A model generated the notes under the pieces. That model had not been told where the DNA came from, did not search any database, and worked only from the letters and a program-made list of their open reading frames with translations. The position numbers were made by a program, and so were the translations under genes. 64,000 bases of DNA from Chthoniobacteraceae bacterium (lineage in GTDB: Bacteria > Verrucomicrobiota > Verrucomicrobiia > Chthoniobacterales > Chthoniobacteraceae), in assembly GCA_031409335.1 (NCBI GenBank), contig JANNWY010000214.1, positions 53,233 through 117,232 on the forward strand, written 5' to 3'. How positions within the stretch are numbered: the first letter of the stretch is position 1; each line of letters begins with the position of its first letter. Positions 39,601 to 48,929 of this stretch are shown piece after piece.

Positions 39601-42600
39601 TCTCGGGCACCACGGCAACGCTCACCGTGATACCGACGCAGCCGGTGACGGCACTCGCGCCGACGTTCGCGGTTTCGACGTTCGCTACGATCAGCCCGGC
39701 CTCGGGCAGCACGCAGGATTTCACCAACCCGGTGATTTACACCGTCACCGCGCAAAACGGCGCGATGCAAAACTACAGCGTCGCTGTGCAGTCGTATGAT
39801 ACTTGGGCGCACTCGGGCTCGCTGTTCATCATCACGACGCCCGAGGGCGCGAACATCGCGGCGGGGCAGACGGAGACAAACTTCCCGATTTTGATTCGGC
39901 TCAACAACAGCAACTTCAACTTCGCCGAAGCCGCGTCTGACGGGCGCGACGTGCGCTTTACCACGGCTGCGGGCGCGGTGCTGCCTTACCAAATTGAGCA
40001 GTGGGATGTGGCGGGCGGCGCGGCGAGTATCTGGGTGAAAATCCCGACGATTTCCGGCAATGCGCGGCAGGAGATTAAAATGTATTGGGGCAAAGCGGGA
40101 GTCGCCGCGGAGTCGAATGGGGCCGCAGTTTTCAACGCGACGAATGGCTATGCGACGGTTATTCACATGAACGAAACGGTGCAGGATGTCGTGGGCTCCG
40201 TGACGACGACTGACACCGGGACGACGCTGGCGACGGGCATGATTGGGAGAGGGCGAAACTTCGCATTGGGCAAAGGTATTTGGTGTGGCGACACGATCAC
40301 GAATTTCTCGCAGGGCGGCTCCGCGCATTCCACCGAGGCATGGTTTCGGACGAGTGCGGTGAATTGCGAGGTCGTTGATTGGGGCGTGGAAGGCGGAGGC
40401 TTTAACAAGGTGCAGATTCGAGTAGTGAGCCCGCCGCGCATTTATGTGGATGGCAACTTTGCGAGTGTCTTCGGCACTGTCGCGCTGGATACGACGCAGT
40501 GGCATCATGTGGTGCATACTTACACGCCGGGCGGTGTGGGGCGGATTTATGTGGATGGGCAGCTCGATGCCTCGGCCAATGTGACGATGAATCTGCCCAA
40601 CCCGTCGCGGATGTGGATTGGCGGTTGGTATCACAGCTACTCTTTCGCTGGCGATATTGATGAGGTGCGGATTTCCAAAGTCGCCCGCTCGGCGAACTGG
40701 ATCAAACTGACCTACGAAAACCAAAAGCCGCTGCAAACTCTCGTGGGTACGTTAGTTCAGGCAGGCAGCACCTTCACCGCCTCGCCGCCATCCGTGACAT
40801 TCAATGAAGGGACGACCACGAGCTTCACGGGACAAGCGGGCGGGGCGCAAAAGGTGTATTGGATCCGCAAGCAAGGCGGTGTGGATACGGTGCTTGCGGT
40901 GGATACATTTGCACTCAGTCTCGCCGCTGGGCGCGTGACGGGCAGCCAATCGTTCGTCATTCAGTTTAAGGGAATTTATCCCGGCAGCATTCAGAGCGTC
41001 GATATCCCGGTAACGATTGCCGAAGACCTGCCGGACCCGGTTTTCACGCTCACGGGCCCGACGACTTGGGACGGGCGGCAGACGATTGCGGTCACCGCGA
41101 ACATATCGAACCTCACCACGCTTCAGGCAAAAGGCGTCGCCACTTTCACCTACACCTGGGCCGTGAACGGAGTCGCCGTGACGAAGACAATCAACGCTGG
41201 CACTTTGACCCTGCTGCGCTCGCAAGGCAACGGCCCGATGGTCGTGTCGCTCACGATGAACAACGGCGGCAGCAACGTCACCGCCACGAAGACTATCACC
41301 GTCCAGCAGCCCGCGAGCGATGCGTGGGTGCAGCGGACGCCGGACGCAAACGAGAAGCCGGTGAACAACCAATTCTTCGCCCGCGACGATACTGGGTTTG
41401 GCAAAATCTTTTACCTGGGAACGCAAGGTGGCACGCCCGATACGGTGTTCCTCAAAGTCTATACGACGGACACCGGGACGGATGTGCTGTACGCCACGCA
41501 TCGGCAGGCGCTTTCGGGCGGTTCGTATGCTTTCACCGCGCCGATTGCTGGCGGGAAAGTGACCTATAAAGTCGTCTATGGCACGACCACTGGCGGCGTG
41601 GATACGCCCGTCGGCAGCCCGGTGACGAACCTCATTTGCGGCGATGCCTATATCATCCAAGGCCAGTCGAATGCTGTCGCCACGGACCCCGGCGCGGAGA
41701 GTCCGGCGTTCTCGAATAACTGGATTCGCACTTATGCCGCCCCGGGCGGTTGGGGAAATGTCAGCCAGGCTGCGAACGCTTGGCAAGTCGGCTATTGGGG
41801 AGCCGCCCAAGGGCTCAAACTTTCGACCGATCACAATATGCCGATCTGCATTATGAACGGAGCTGTCGGCGGCACGCGCATTGACCAGCATCAGCCCAAC
41901 CCGGCGGACCACGCGGTCGCTGGGAGTCTGTATGCAATTTACGCAAACCTGCACAACCGCATCGTCGCTGCCAAACTCACGCACGGCCTCCGTGGAGTGC
42001 TGTGGCATCAAGGCGAGCAAGACCAAGGTTCCGGCGCACCGACCGGCGATTACGACTACAAAACGTATCACCAATACTTCGTGGATATGTCCGCCGCGTG
42101 GAAGCAGGACTACCCGAACATCCTCTACTATTACATCTTCCAAATCTGGCCGAAGGCCTGCGGCGACACATCGCGCAACGACCTTCTGCGCGAGGTCCAG
42201 CGCACGTTGCCGCATCTCTTTTCCAACATGCGGATCATGACTACCGTGGGCATCGTTCCGGGATCGAGCTGCCACTACCTTCCCGCTGGCTACACGCGGT
42301 TCTCGGACCTCATCAGCCCATTTGTAAAGCAGGACAACTACGGCTTCGTGCCCGCCGGAGTCATCACCGCGCCCGATGTGAAAAGAGCCTACTATACCAC
42401 CGCGGCGCACAACGAGATTGCCGTGGAGTTTGGACAGGCCATGCTCTGGAGCAATCTTTCCAAGGGTCTCTTTTTCCTCAATGGCGCGGCGAACCAAGTG
42501 GCCTCGGGAAGCGTGACGGGCAAGGTGATCAAACTCCAACTCACCGCCGCTTCCGCCGCCCAAACCATCACCTATCTGGCGGGTGACGCATGGGATGGAG

Positions 42601-43328
42601 TGCAGGCAAATATAGTCTATGGCACCAATAACATCGCCGCCCTCACCTTTGCCGAAGTCCCCATCGGCCCGCCGATCCCGACCGCCCTTTCCGCGACTGC
42701 GGGAGACAGTCAGGTGGCATTGAGTTGGGCAGCGTCCCCCGGAGCCACTGGCTACAAGGTGAAACGCGCGGTGACGAACGGCGGCCCCTACACCGTGATC
42801 GGAACAGCGGCGGTCACGAGCTATACGGATACCACGGTGACGAATGGCACGACTTACTATTACGTCGTGTCCGGCACGGATGGCTTGGGCGAGAGTGCGG
42901 ACTCCACCCAAGCCAGCGCCACACCGGCCTCGCCATATAACACCTGGGCGGCCAATCCCGCGCAGGGACTTACCGCCGGGGTGAACGACGGACCCTTGGA
43001 CGATCCCGATGGCGATGGCATTCGCAACCTGCTGGAGTTCGCCCTTGGCGGTGCGCCGATGGTTTCCTCGCAGGCGATCCTACCCAAGCTGACACCCAGC
43101 GGAGGCAACTGGCTTTTCGAGTATGACCGGAGCGACCTATCGCTGCCTCCGGCCACCACGCAGGTGGTGGAATATGGCAGCGACCTCACAGGTTGGACGC
43201 CCGTTCCCATCCCCGCAACCACCGCCGGAGTCGTGACGATCACGCCCGGCAGCCCATCCGATCATGTGACTGTCACCATCCCGGTTCTCGGAACCAAGGT
43301 GTTCGTCCGCCTCAAGGTCACCAAGTAA
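36654..43328 (+). CDS. Large secreted protein: autotransporter repeats, Ig-like domains, DUF2341, LamG-like domain, sialate O-acetylesterase-like (SGNH) domain, Fn3, C-terminal domain
   Basis: NFPILIRL...DGRDVRFT...LPYQIEQWD; WHHVVHTY...FAGDIDEVRIS; QGQSNA and LWHQGE; Fn3 LSW...YYYVVS; ends FVRLKVTK. True start uncertain. Confidence 0.85.
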   Translation: MNTHPLFRSGGLIPEACSRTSMRTQPERLRFDSPGQRPGLELRVASALKGRGIKLSSDSCAFSGLDPVIAGNPERCPGLSNRSLSGRRQNSLQTRSSIIRKIGAAMFVVVVALSLSQPTVFAATSIKQNNSTNLNLAGSWNSLPGAADIAQWDATVLAANSPVLGGDVSWLGLKIVGPGGLVTLGAGNTLTLGASGIDLSTATQSLTLNCGLTLKGKQSWQAAAGRTLNVAGIFTRTGAVVDSTNFNASAVLGTFTNDVSGILGPWATTGSGTALNYAKATAGAVSAFTTQTAATAGTLANVSNPAVNYSLAAAATLTGNISANTLLYSGGSNTLANGGFTSTLNGLLNAGTGAITIAGTGNLVIGANRELVIVTNTQAATILCPIVNNGAGASSLTFSGGSSGSGLTLSGNNTYTGGTTVVSGTLFLGSQTGLGTGAVTLAAGTTLQQTNFEGNSAAGALPNAFVLSGIGNVTLNMPFGGGKDIWLSQVVSGTGGFTLQGGTRGLTLTANNTFSGGVRLTNADNKLQLAHVNGMGTGAFRSERLSANSGQLIAIADLSAGVPNAFDVASGAHLNVNTNGFNMLLAGSISSAVGTGNFYKTGTGTLTLSGANTYTGATKVAQGTVAISSAGSLGGGALDITTGATLALNFTGTRQVSALTFNAGAAQAAGTYGSTSSGATSQSTSFSGTGTVTVGGAAFAATTTTLALTSGSTPAAVGASLTFTATVAGASPTGNVTFYDGVTLIGTVALNGSFQAAFTTTSLALGTHSITARYAGNAANNPSVSAAMSIQISNPTDILSFTFAGLPTPTISGTNITVTVPFSTNVTALSPTYSLASGGSCVPASGATLDFTGPQNYVVSAAGFADKTYTVTVTKAAASTAKDITAFAFPGLPVTTIGASTVSVTVPFGTSVSNLSPTYSVSALASGSPISGTARDFSSAQTYTITAENGSTKVYTVTVTIAPASSANAMLTCDFGALGLATISGTTATLTVIPTQPVTALAPTFAVSTFATISPASGSTQDFTNPVIYTVTAQNGAMQNYSVAVQSYDTWAHSGSLFIITTPEGANIAAGQTETNFPILIRLNNSNFNFAEAASDGRDVRFTTAAGAVLPYQIEQWDVAGGAASIWVKIPTISGNARQEIKMYWGKAGVAAESNGAAVFNATNGYATVIHMNETVQDVVGSVTTTDTGTTLATGMIGRGRNFALGKGIWCGDTITNFSQGGSAHSTEAWFRTSAVNCEVVDWGVEGGGFNKVQIRVVSPPRIYVDGNFASVFGTVALDTTQWHHVVHTYTPGGVGRIYVDGQLDASANVTMNLPNPSRMWIGGWYHSYSFAGDIDEVRISKVARSANWIKLTYENQKPLQTLVGTLVQAGSTFTASPPSVTFNEGTTTSFTGQAGGAQKVYWIRKQGGVDTVLAVDTFALSLAAGRVTGSQSFVIQFKGIYPGSIQSVDIPVTIAEDLPDPVFTLTGPTTWDGRQTIAVTANISNLTTLQAKGVATFTYTWAVNGVAVTKTINAGTLTLLRSQGNGPMVVSLTMNNGGSNVTATKTITVQQPASDAWVQRTPDANEKPVNNQFFARDDTGFGKIFYLGTQGGTPDTVFLKVYTTDTGTDVLYATHRQALSGGSYAFTAPIAGGKVTYKVVYGTTTGGVDTPVGSPVTNLICGDAYIIQGQSNAVATDPGAESPAFSNNWIRTYAAPGGWGNVSQAANAWQVGYWGAAQGLKLSTDHNMPICIMNGAVGGTRIDQHQPNPADHAVAGSLYAIYANLHNRIVAAKLTHGLRGVLWHQGEQDQGSGAPTGDYDYKTYHQYFVDMSAAWKQDYPNILYYYIFQIWPKACGDTSRNDLLREVQRTLPHLFSNMRIMTTVGIVPGSSCHYLPAGYTRFSDLISPFVKQDNYGFVPAGVITAPDVKRAYYTTAAHNEIAVEFGQAMLWSNLSKGLFFLNGAANQVASGSVTGKVIKLQLTAASAAQTITYLAGDAWDGVQANIVYGTNNIAALTFAEVPIGPPIPTALSATAGDSQVALSWAASPGATGYKVKRAVTNGGPYTVIGTAAVTSYTDTTVTNGTTYYYVVSGTDGLGESADSTQASATPASPYNTWAANPAQGLTAGVNDGPLDDPDGDGIRNLLEFALGGAPMVSSQAILPKLTPSGGNWLFEYDRSDLSLPPATTQVVEYGSDLTGWTPVPIPATTAGVVTITPGSPSDHVTVTIPVLGTKVFVRLKVTK
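36728..36911. repeat. Nested palindromic REPIN-like element
   Basis: 45-bp arms (36728-36772 and 36867-36911, 1 mismatch) plus inner 15-bp arms AGCCCTGAAAGGGCG / CGCCTTTTCAGGGCT. Confidence 0.9.
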
Positions 43329-43375
43329 GAACCGAAGACAAGGCTAGTCGCCATTCGCAGCAGGGCGGTAGTTTT

Positions 43376-43441
43376 ATGCGGGCGTGCCTTTTCTTGCCAA
43401 GACCGGGCAGAAGCGGGCAGGTATTGTTCGCAGCAAGTTCC
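43376..43441 (+). promoter_or_regulatory. Copy of the araC-promoter module upstream of the peptide-uptake operon
   Basis: 58/66 ungapped identity to 53808-53873. Confidence 0.85.
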
Positions 43442-43490
43442 ACCCAGCCTCTCGTCCTCATTTCCTGAAACACCGCGCTTTATATTTTCA

Positions 43491-43541
43491 ATGAAACCAA
43501 ACTGGACCGGCGTCGATGACCTGGAGCCCGAGCGCAAGTAA
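43491..43541 (+). pseudogene. Mini-ORF, probable relic of a DapA-family gene (MKPNWTGVDDLEPERK)
   Basis: First 24 nt are 22/24 identical to the start of the gene at 57268. TGVDDL matches an internal motif of that same protein. Confidence 0.65.
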
Positions 43542-43547
43542 ACACCC

Positions 43548-45014
43548 ATGACCGCCGAGCCCATTCGCCAGCCGCATCCGCGCGGCATTTACACTCTCTT
43601 CTTTACCGAGATGTGGGAGCGCATGAGCTACTACGGCATGCGCGCGCTGCTCGTGCTTTTCATGGTCGATGCCGTGGAGCACGGCGGCCTCGGGCTCACC
43701 GATAAAACGGCGACGGCGATCTACGGGCTCTACACCGCGATCGTTTATCTGGCCGCGCTGCCGGGCGGCTGGATCGGCGACCGTCTGCTCGGCGCGAAGG
43801 GCGGCGTGTGGTGGGGCGGTATCGTCATCGCCCTCGGGCATCTCGTGCTCGGGTTGCCGTGGGTCACCACTTTCTATCTCGGCCTGCTCCTCGTCGCGCT
43901 CGGCTCGGGCTTGTTGAAATCGAACATGAGCGCGCTCGTCGGGCAGCTTTACCCGGAGGGCGGGGCGCGGCGAGATGCTGGGTTCACGCTTTTCTATATG
44001 GGCGTGAATATCGGCGCATTCATCGGCCCGCTCGTGTGCAGCATGCTCGGCGAAGAGATCGGCTGGCGCTGGGGATTCAGCGCCGCCGCGGTCGGGATGA
44101 TCCTCGGGCTGGTGCAGTTCAAAATGACTGAGCGGCATCTCGCTAGCACCGGCACGCGGCACCCGCATCCGGGGCAGAATGTGGCGTTCGACTGGACTGC
44201 GCTCGCTGTCGGAGTCGGCGCGCTCGCGGTCTTCACCGCGCTCTGCATGACCGGGTTCGTGACGCTCGATCCCGTGTGGCTGGCACAACGCACGGCGATC
44301 GTCATCGTCGCGATTGCCGCGCTGTTTTTCATCTGGGTCTTTGGTTTCGCGGGCCTGGATCGGGAGGAAAAGAAACGCTACCTCGTGGTCGTGATGCTCT
44401 TCGCCGCATCGGCGGTTTTCTGGGCGGGCTTCGAGCAGGTCGGCTCATCGTTCAGCCTCTTCGCGGAGCGTTTCACCGTGCGGACTTTCGGCTCGTGGGA
44501 AATGCCTGCCGGCTGGTTTCAGTCGGTCAATCCGCTCCTCGTCGTCGCGCTCGCGCCGGTCGTCGCGTCGCTCTGGCTCACGCTCCAGCGCCGAGGGAAA
44601 GGCCCGCTGCTCGCCACGAAAATGGCCGGTGGTCTCCTGTTCCTCGCCGTCGGTTTTCTCGTCGCGGCGTGGGCTTCGCACCGCGCACTGGCGCACGGTC
44701 CGGTGTGGCCGACGTGGCTGATCTCCGTCTATCTCCTGCACACCATCGGCGAGCTTTTCCTCAGCCCCGTCGGCCTCAGCGCCGTGACCAAACTCGTCCC
44801 CGCGCGACTCACCGGGCAGACGATGGGTATCTGGTTTCTCGGCACTTCACTTGGCAATCTCCTCGCCGGCATCCTCGCCGGTGAAGTCACCGGCAGCGAC
44901 ACCGCCGCGATGCCCGCGCGCTTCCTCCAAGTCGTCGGCACCACCGGCGCGGCGGGTCTCATCCTGCTGCTCTGCGCCCGGCCCATTCAGCGCCTGATGA
45001 TCGGCATCAAATAG
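43548..45014 (+). CDS. POT/PTR-family proton-dependent oligopeptide transporter
   Basis: TEMWERMSYYGMR, GGWIGDRLLG, FYMGVNIG, GELFLSPVGLS. Confidence 0.95.
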   Translation: MTAEPIRQPHPRGIYTLFFTEMWERMSYYGMRALLVLFMVDAVEHGGLGLTDKTATAIYGLYTAIVYLAALPGGWIGDRLLGAKGGVWWGGIVIALGHLVLGLPWVTTFYLGLLLVALGSGLLKSNMSALVGQLYPEGGARRDAGFTLFYMGVNIGAFIGPLVCSMLGEEIGWRWGFSAAAVGMILGLVQFKMTERHLASTGTRHPHPGQNVAFDWTALAVGVGALAVFTALCMTGFVTLDPVWLAQRTAIVIVAIAALFFIWVFGFAGLDREEKKRYLVVVMLFAASAVFWAGFEQVGSSFSLFAERFTVRTFGSWEMPAGWFQSVNPLLVVALAPVVASLWLTLQRRGKGPLLATKMAGGLLFLAVGFLVAAWASHRALAHGPVWPTWLISVYLLHTIGELFLSPVGLSAVTKLVPARLTGQTMGIWFLGTSLGNLLAGILAGEVTGSDTAAMPARFLQVVGTTGAAGLILLLCARPIQRLMIGIK

Positions 45015-45021
45015 AAATCTT

Positions 45022-46335
45022 ATGCGTCACGAAAACATCCCCTCCGCCCTGTTCACCGAGAATCGCGCCCGCCTGAAGGCGCGGCTACCCGCCGGCTCGC
45101 TCGCGATCGTCAATGCCAACGACATTCCTCCGACGAATGCGGATGGCACGACCATTCCGATACCTAACTCAGACCTATTCTATCTCAGCGGCATCGAGCA
45201 GGAGGAAAGCATTCTCGTGCTCGCGCCGGACGCGCTGGATGAGAAAATGCGCGAGGTGCTGTTTGTCCGCGAACCGAGCGCCCACCTGAAGACCTGGGAG
45301 GGCCACAAGCATCCCAAGAGCGAAGCGCAGGGCATCTCGGGCATCAGGGAGGTCAAGTGGCTCACGGACTTCCCGATGATCCTCCACAAGCTGATGTGCG
45401 AGATGGAGCACGTCTGGCTTAACTCGAATGAGCACACCCGCGCAGTCATCGAGGTGGAGACGCGGGAGGCGCGCTTTGTGAAACAGGTGCAGGCCAAGTA
45501 TCCGCTCCACGACTACCACCGGCTGGCGCGACTGATGCATCAGCTTCGAGTCATTAAGTCCGACGCCGAGGTCGCGCTCATCCGGCGCGCGTGCGGGATC
45601 ACAAAGCAGGGGTTTCTCCGCCTGCTCGGAAAGGTGCGGCCGGGCATGATGGAGTTTGCGGTGGAGGCTGAGCTGTCGCACGAGTTCATCGCGAACCGCG
45701 CGAAGTTTGCCTATAACCCGATCATCGCGGGCGGGGCCAATGCCTGCACGCTGCACTACAACCAGAACGACCAGCCGTGCCGCGACGGCGAGCTGCTGCT
45801 CCTAGACGTGGCCGCGTGCTATGCCAACTATCAGTCCGATCTTACGCGCACGATCCCGGTGAACGGACGTTTCACCAAGCGCCAGCGCCAGGTGTATGAC
45901 GCCGTGTTGCGCTGCCTGCGCGCCGTGACGAAGGCCGCGGTGCCGGGCAAGCTGCACAAAGACTGGCAGAAGGAAGCCGAGGGCATCGTGCAGGAGGAGC
46001 TGCTGCGGCTCGGGCTCTTGAAGCCGCGCGACATCAAGCGGCAGGACCCCGACAGCCCGGCGGTGAAGAAGTATTTCATGCACGGTGTAGGGCATCCGCT
46101 GGGACTGGATGTGCATGATGTGGGTCTGCTGAAACAACCCTTCGCGCCCGGCTGGGTGCTCACCGTCGAGCCGGGAATCTACATCCCCGAAGAAGGTCTC
46201 GCGGTGCGACTGGAGAACACGGTGATCGTCACGGCAGGCGAGCTGGTCGATCTCATGGCGGACATCCCCATCGAAGCGGAGGAGATCGAAGCGCTGATGA
46301 ATCGTGGAACGAAGAAGCCCAAGGCCCGCAGATGA
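45022..46335 (+). CDS. pepP: Xaa-Pro aminopeptidase (M24B)
   Basis: LHY, LLDVA, SDLTRT, HGVGHPLGLDVHD, TVEPGIY and VRLEN metal-ligand motifs. Confidence 0.92.
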   Translation: MRHENIPSALFTENRARLKARLPAGSLAIVNANDIPPTNADGTTIPIPNSDLFYLSGIEQEESILVLAPDALDEKMREVLFVREPSAHLKTWEGHKHPKSEAQGISGIREVKWLTDFPMILHKLMCEMEHVWLNSNEHTRAVIEVETREARFVKQVQAKYPLHDYHRLARLMHQLRVIKSDAEVALIRRACGITKQGFLRLLGKVRPGMMEFAVEAELSHEFIANRAKFAYNPIIAGGANACTLHYNQNDQPCRDGELLLLDVAACYANYQSDLTRTIPVNGRFTKRQRQVYDAVLRCLRAVTKAAVPGKLHKDWQKEAEGIVQEELLRLGLLKPRDIKRQDPDSPAVKKYFMHGVGHPLGLDVHDVGLLKQPFAPGWVLTVEPGIYIPEEGLAVRLENTVIVTAGELVDLMADIPIEAEEIEALMNRGTKKPKARR

Positions 46336-48602
46336 AACGCGCGCTCTTACTTCTCTTTACCCTATCCGCATTCTTCGCCGTGCATTTGAAAGCTCAACAA
46401 CCTAACCGACCCGCAACCTCCGATGCTTCCAAGCTGACCATCGACCGCATTTTTGGCTCCGATGAATTTAAGGGAGTGAAGCTAGGGGCATTCGTCTGGA
46501 GCAAGCGCGCGGCGTCATACTTCACACTCGACGCGCCGCAAGCTGCGGACAAGGCCCGCGCTCTTGTGCGCAACGACCTAGCCAGCGGTACGAAGGAAGT
46601 TGTCGTGCCCGTCAGCGCCTTCATTCCACCGGGAGCGGACAAGCCGCTGGAAGTGGAGGCATTCGAGTTATCGGCGGATGAGTCGAAGCTGCTGATCTTC
46701 ACGAACAGCAAGCGCGTGTGGCGGAACAACACGCGCGGAGATTATTGGGTGCTGGATGTGGCGACGCGCGAACTGAAGAAGCTGGGCGGCGATGCCGGGC
46801 CTGCCACGCTGCTGTTTGCCAAGTTCTCGCCCGATGGCACGCGGGTGGCCTATGTCCGCGCGAATAATCTGTTCGTCCAAGACCTGGGCGATATGCGCAT
46901 CACGGCGTTGACGACCGATGGCTCGGCGACGCTCATCAACGGCACGTCCGATTGGGTCAATGAGGAGGAACTCGGCATCCGCGATGGGTATCGCTGGAGT
47001 CCGGATGGCAAGGACATCGCGTTTTGGCAGTTCGACACGGGCGGCGTGCGGGAGTTTCATCTGCTGGACGACTCGGAGGGTAACTATCCGCGGGTCATTT
47101 CGTTCCCCTATCCGCAGGTTAGTGAAAGGAACTCCGCGACGCGCCTCGGCGTAGTCAGCGCGACCGGCGGCGACGTGCGCTGGCTCAAGGCGCCGGGCGA
47201 TCCGCGCGAACATTATCTCCCGCACATGGAGTGGACGCCCGATGGGTCGCAACTCCTGATCGAGCAGTTAAACCGGCTCCAAAACACCAATCATGTGATG
47301 CTCGCTAATCCGAAAACGGGCGAGACGCGAACCATCCTCACCGAGACCGACGCGGCGTGGTTGGAGAATGAGAACCCGGTGCGCTGGGTGAACCAGGGCA
47401 GGGATTTCCTCTGGCTGAGCGAACGCGACGGCTGGCTTCAAGCCTATCTCGCGGGCACCGATGGCAAACGCTTCACTCGCGTGATCCAAGGCAACTTCGA
47501 TGTTATCCAAGTTGAGGCCGTGGACGCCGCCGGAAGCTGGCTTTACTACGCCGCATCGCCGGAGAACGCCACGCAGCGTTACCTCTACCGCACACGCATC
47601 GACGGCGGCACGCCCGAGCGACTTTCGCCAGCAGACCAGCCGGGCTGGCATACCTATGATTTCTCGCCGGATAATCAGTGGGCGGTTCATACCTACTCCA
47701 CCTTTGCGACACCGCCAGTGATGGAACTTATCCATCTGCCGGAACACAAAGTCGTGCGCGTGCTGAATGACAACGCAAAGCTCCGCGAAAAACTAGCTGC
47801 ACTGAAGCGACCCACTGCGGAGTTCTTGCGCGTGGATATTGGCGGGAATGTCGCGCTGGACGCGTGGTGCCTCAAGCCAGCGGAGTTGGATGCTACGCGC
47901 AAGCATCCGCTGCTCTTCCATGTCTATGGCGAACCGGCCGGCCAGTCGGTTCAGGACATCTGGGGAGGCGCGCGCGGGTTGTGGCACTGGATGCTCGCGC
48001 AACAAGGCTATCTCGTCGTCAGCGTGGACAACCGCGGCACGGCATCTCCTCGCGGACGCGAATGGCGCAAGGTGGTTCACCGGCGGATCGGCATTCTCGC
48101 CCCGCAAGAGCAGGCGGCTGCTGCCAGGGCCTTGCTGAGCCGGTGGCCGTATGCCGACCCGGAGAAGGTGGGCATCTGGGGTTGGAGCGGCGGCGGCAGC
48201 ATGAGTCTGAATGCGATCTTCCGTTATCCCGGATTGTATCGCACCGCGATAGCCGTGGCTCCGAATGCGAGCCAGCTTCTTTACGACACGATCTATCAGG
48301 AGCGATACATGGGCCTGCCGGCTGACAATGCCGCCAACTATCGCGACGGTTCACCCATCACCCATGCCGAACATTTGCAAGGCAACCTGCTGCTGATCCA
48401 CGGCACTGGCGATGACAACGGCCACTACCAAGGCACCGAGCGGCTGATGAACGAACTGATCGCCCACAACAAGCTCTTTACCATGATGCCTTATCCGGGG
48501 CGTTCGCATTCGATTCGCGAGGGGAAAAACACGGAGCGGCATTTCTTCTCAGTCCTCACGGACTACCTGCACAAGAACCTTCCCGTTAGTGCCGTGCCGT
48601 AG
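46332..48602 (+). CDS. Dipeptidyl peptidase IV (S9B), exported
   Basis: Signal peptide; DWVNEEE; nucleophile motif GWSGGG; IHGTGDDN; catalytic His in RSHSI. Confidence 0.95.
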   Translation: MKRALLLLFTLSAFFAVHLKAQQPNRPATSDASKLTIDRIFGSDEFKGVKLGAFVWSKRAASYFTLDAPQAADKARALVRNDLASGTKEVVVPVSAFIPPGADKPLEVEAFELSADESKLLIFTNSKRVWRNNTRGDYWVLDVATRELKKLGGDAGPATLLFAKFSPDGTRVAYVRANNLFVQDLGDMRITALTTDGSATLINGTSDWVNEEELGIRDGYRWSPDGKDIAFWQFDTGGVREFHLLDDSEGNYPRVISFPYPQVSERNSATRLGVVSATGGDVRWLKAPGDPREHYLPHMEWTPDGSQLLIEQLNRLQNTNHVMLANPKTGETRTILTETDAAWLENENPVRWVNQGRDFLWLSERDGWLQAYLAGTDGKRFTRVIQGNFDVIQVEAVDAAGSWLYYAASPENATQRYLYRTRIDGGTPERLSPADQPGWHTYDFSPDNQWAVHTYSTFATPPVMELIHLPEHKVVRVLNDNAKLREKLAALKRPTAEFLRVDIGGNVALDAWCLKPAELDATRKHPLLFHVYGEPAGQSVQDIWGGARGLWHWMLAQQGYLVVSVDNRGTASPRGREWRKVVHRRIGILAPQEQAAAARALLSRWPYADPEKVGIWGWSGGGSMSLNAIFRYPGLYRTAIAVAPNASQLLYDTIYQERYMGLPADNAANYRDGSPITHAEHLQGNLLLIHGTGDDNGHYQGTERLMNELIAHNKLFTMMPYPGRSHSIREGKNTERHFFSVLTDYLHKNLPVSAVP

Positions 48603-48689
48603 GGGCGTGATTGAAACATGGTGCGGGAAATCCGTGGTCCCGGTGTGACAGCAGACATTGGGGGACACCCGGAAACTCGGATCGCAGTG

Positions 48690-48929
48690 CGGCAATTGTG
48701 CTGAGATTCATGCTGGCGTGCGTTTCCCTGCCTAGACGGGACGGAGCCAGGAGGATATTTCAATAGAGATACTCGAAGAATCGATTCAGCCAGGCTCCTT
48801 TTCCGCTGCTTGAAAATCACCCGCTTTCCCGCCTCCATCCAAGCCTAACCCATCCTCGCGGAAGCCTTCGATAAAGCCGCGATGAAATCTTCCAAAAACA
48901 CCCACCCGACCACCAGCGCCTCACGACCC
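48690..48929 (+). promoter_or_regulatory. Copy of the araC-promoter module plus leader upstream of the third PEP-CTERM gene
   Basis: TTGTGCTGAGATTCATGCTGGCGTGCGTTTCCCTGCCTAGACGGG matches 53794-53838. 48778-48877 is 77/100 identical to 17271-17370. 48850-48929 is similar to 27293-27372. Confidence 0.8.
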
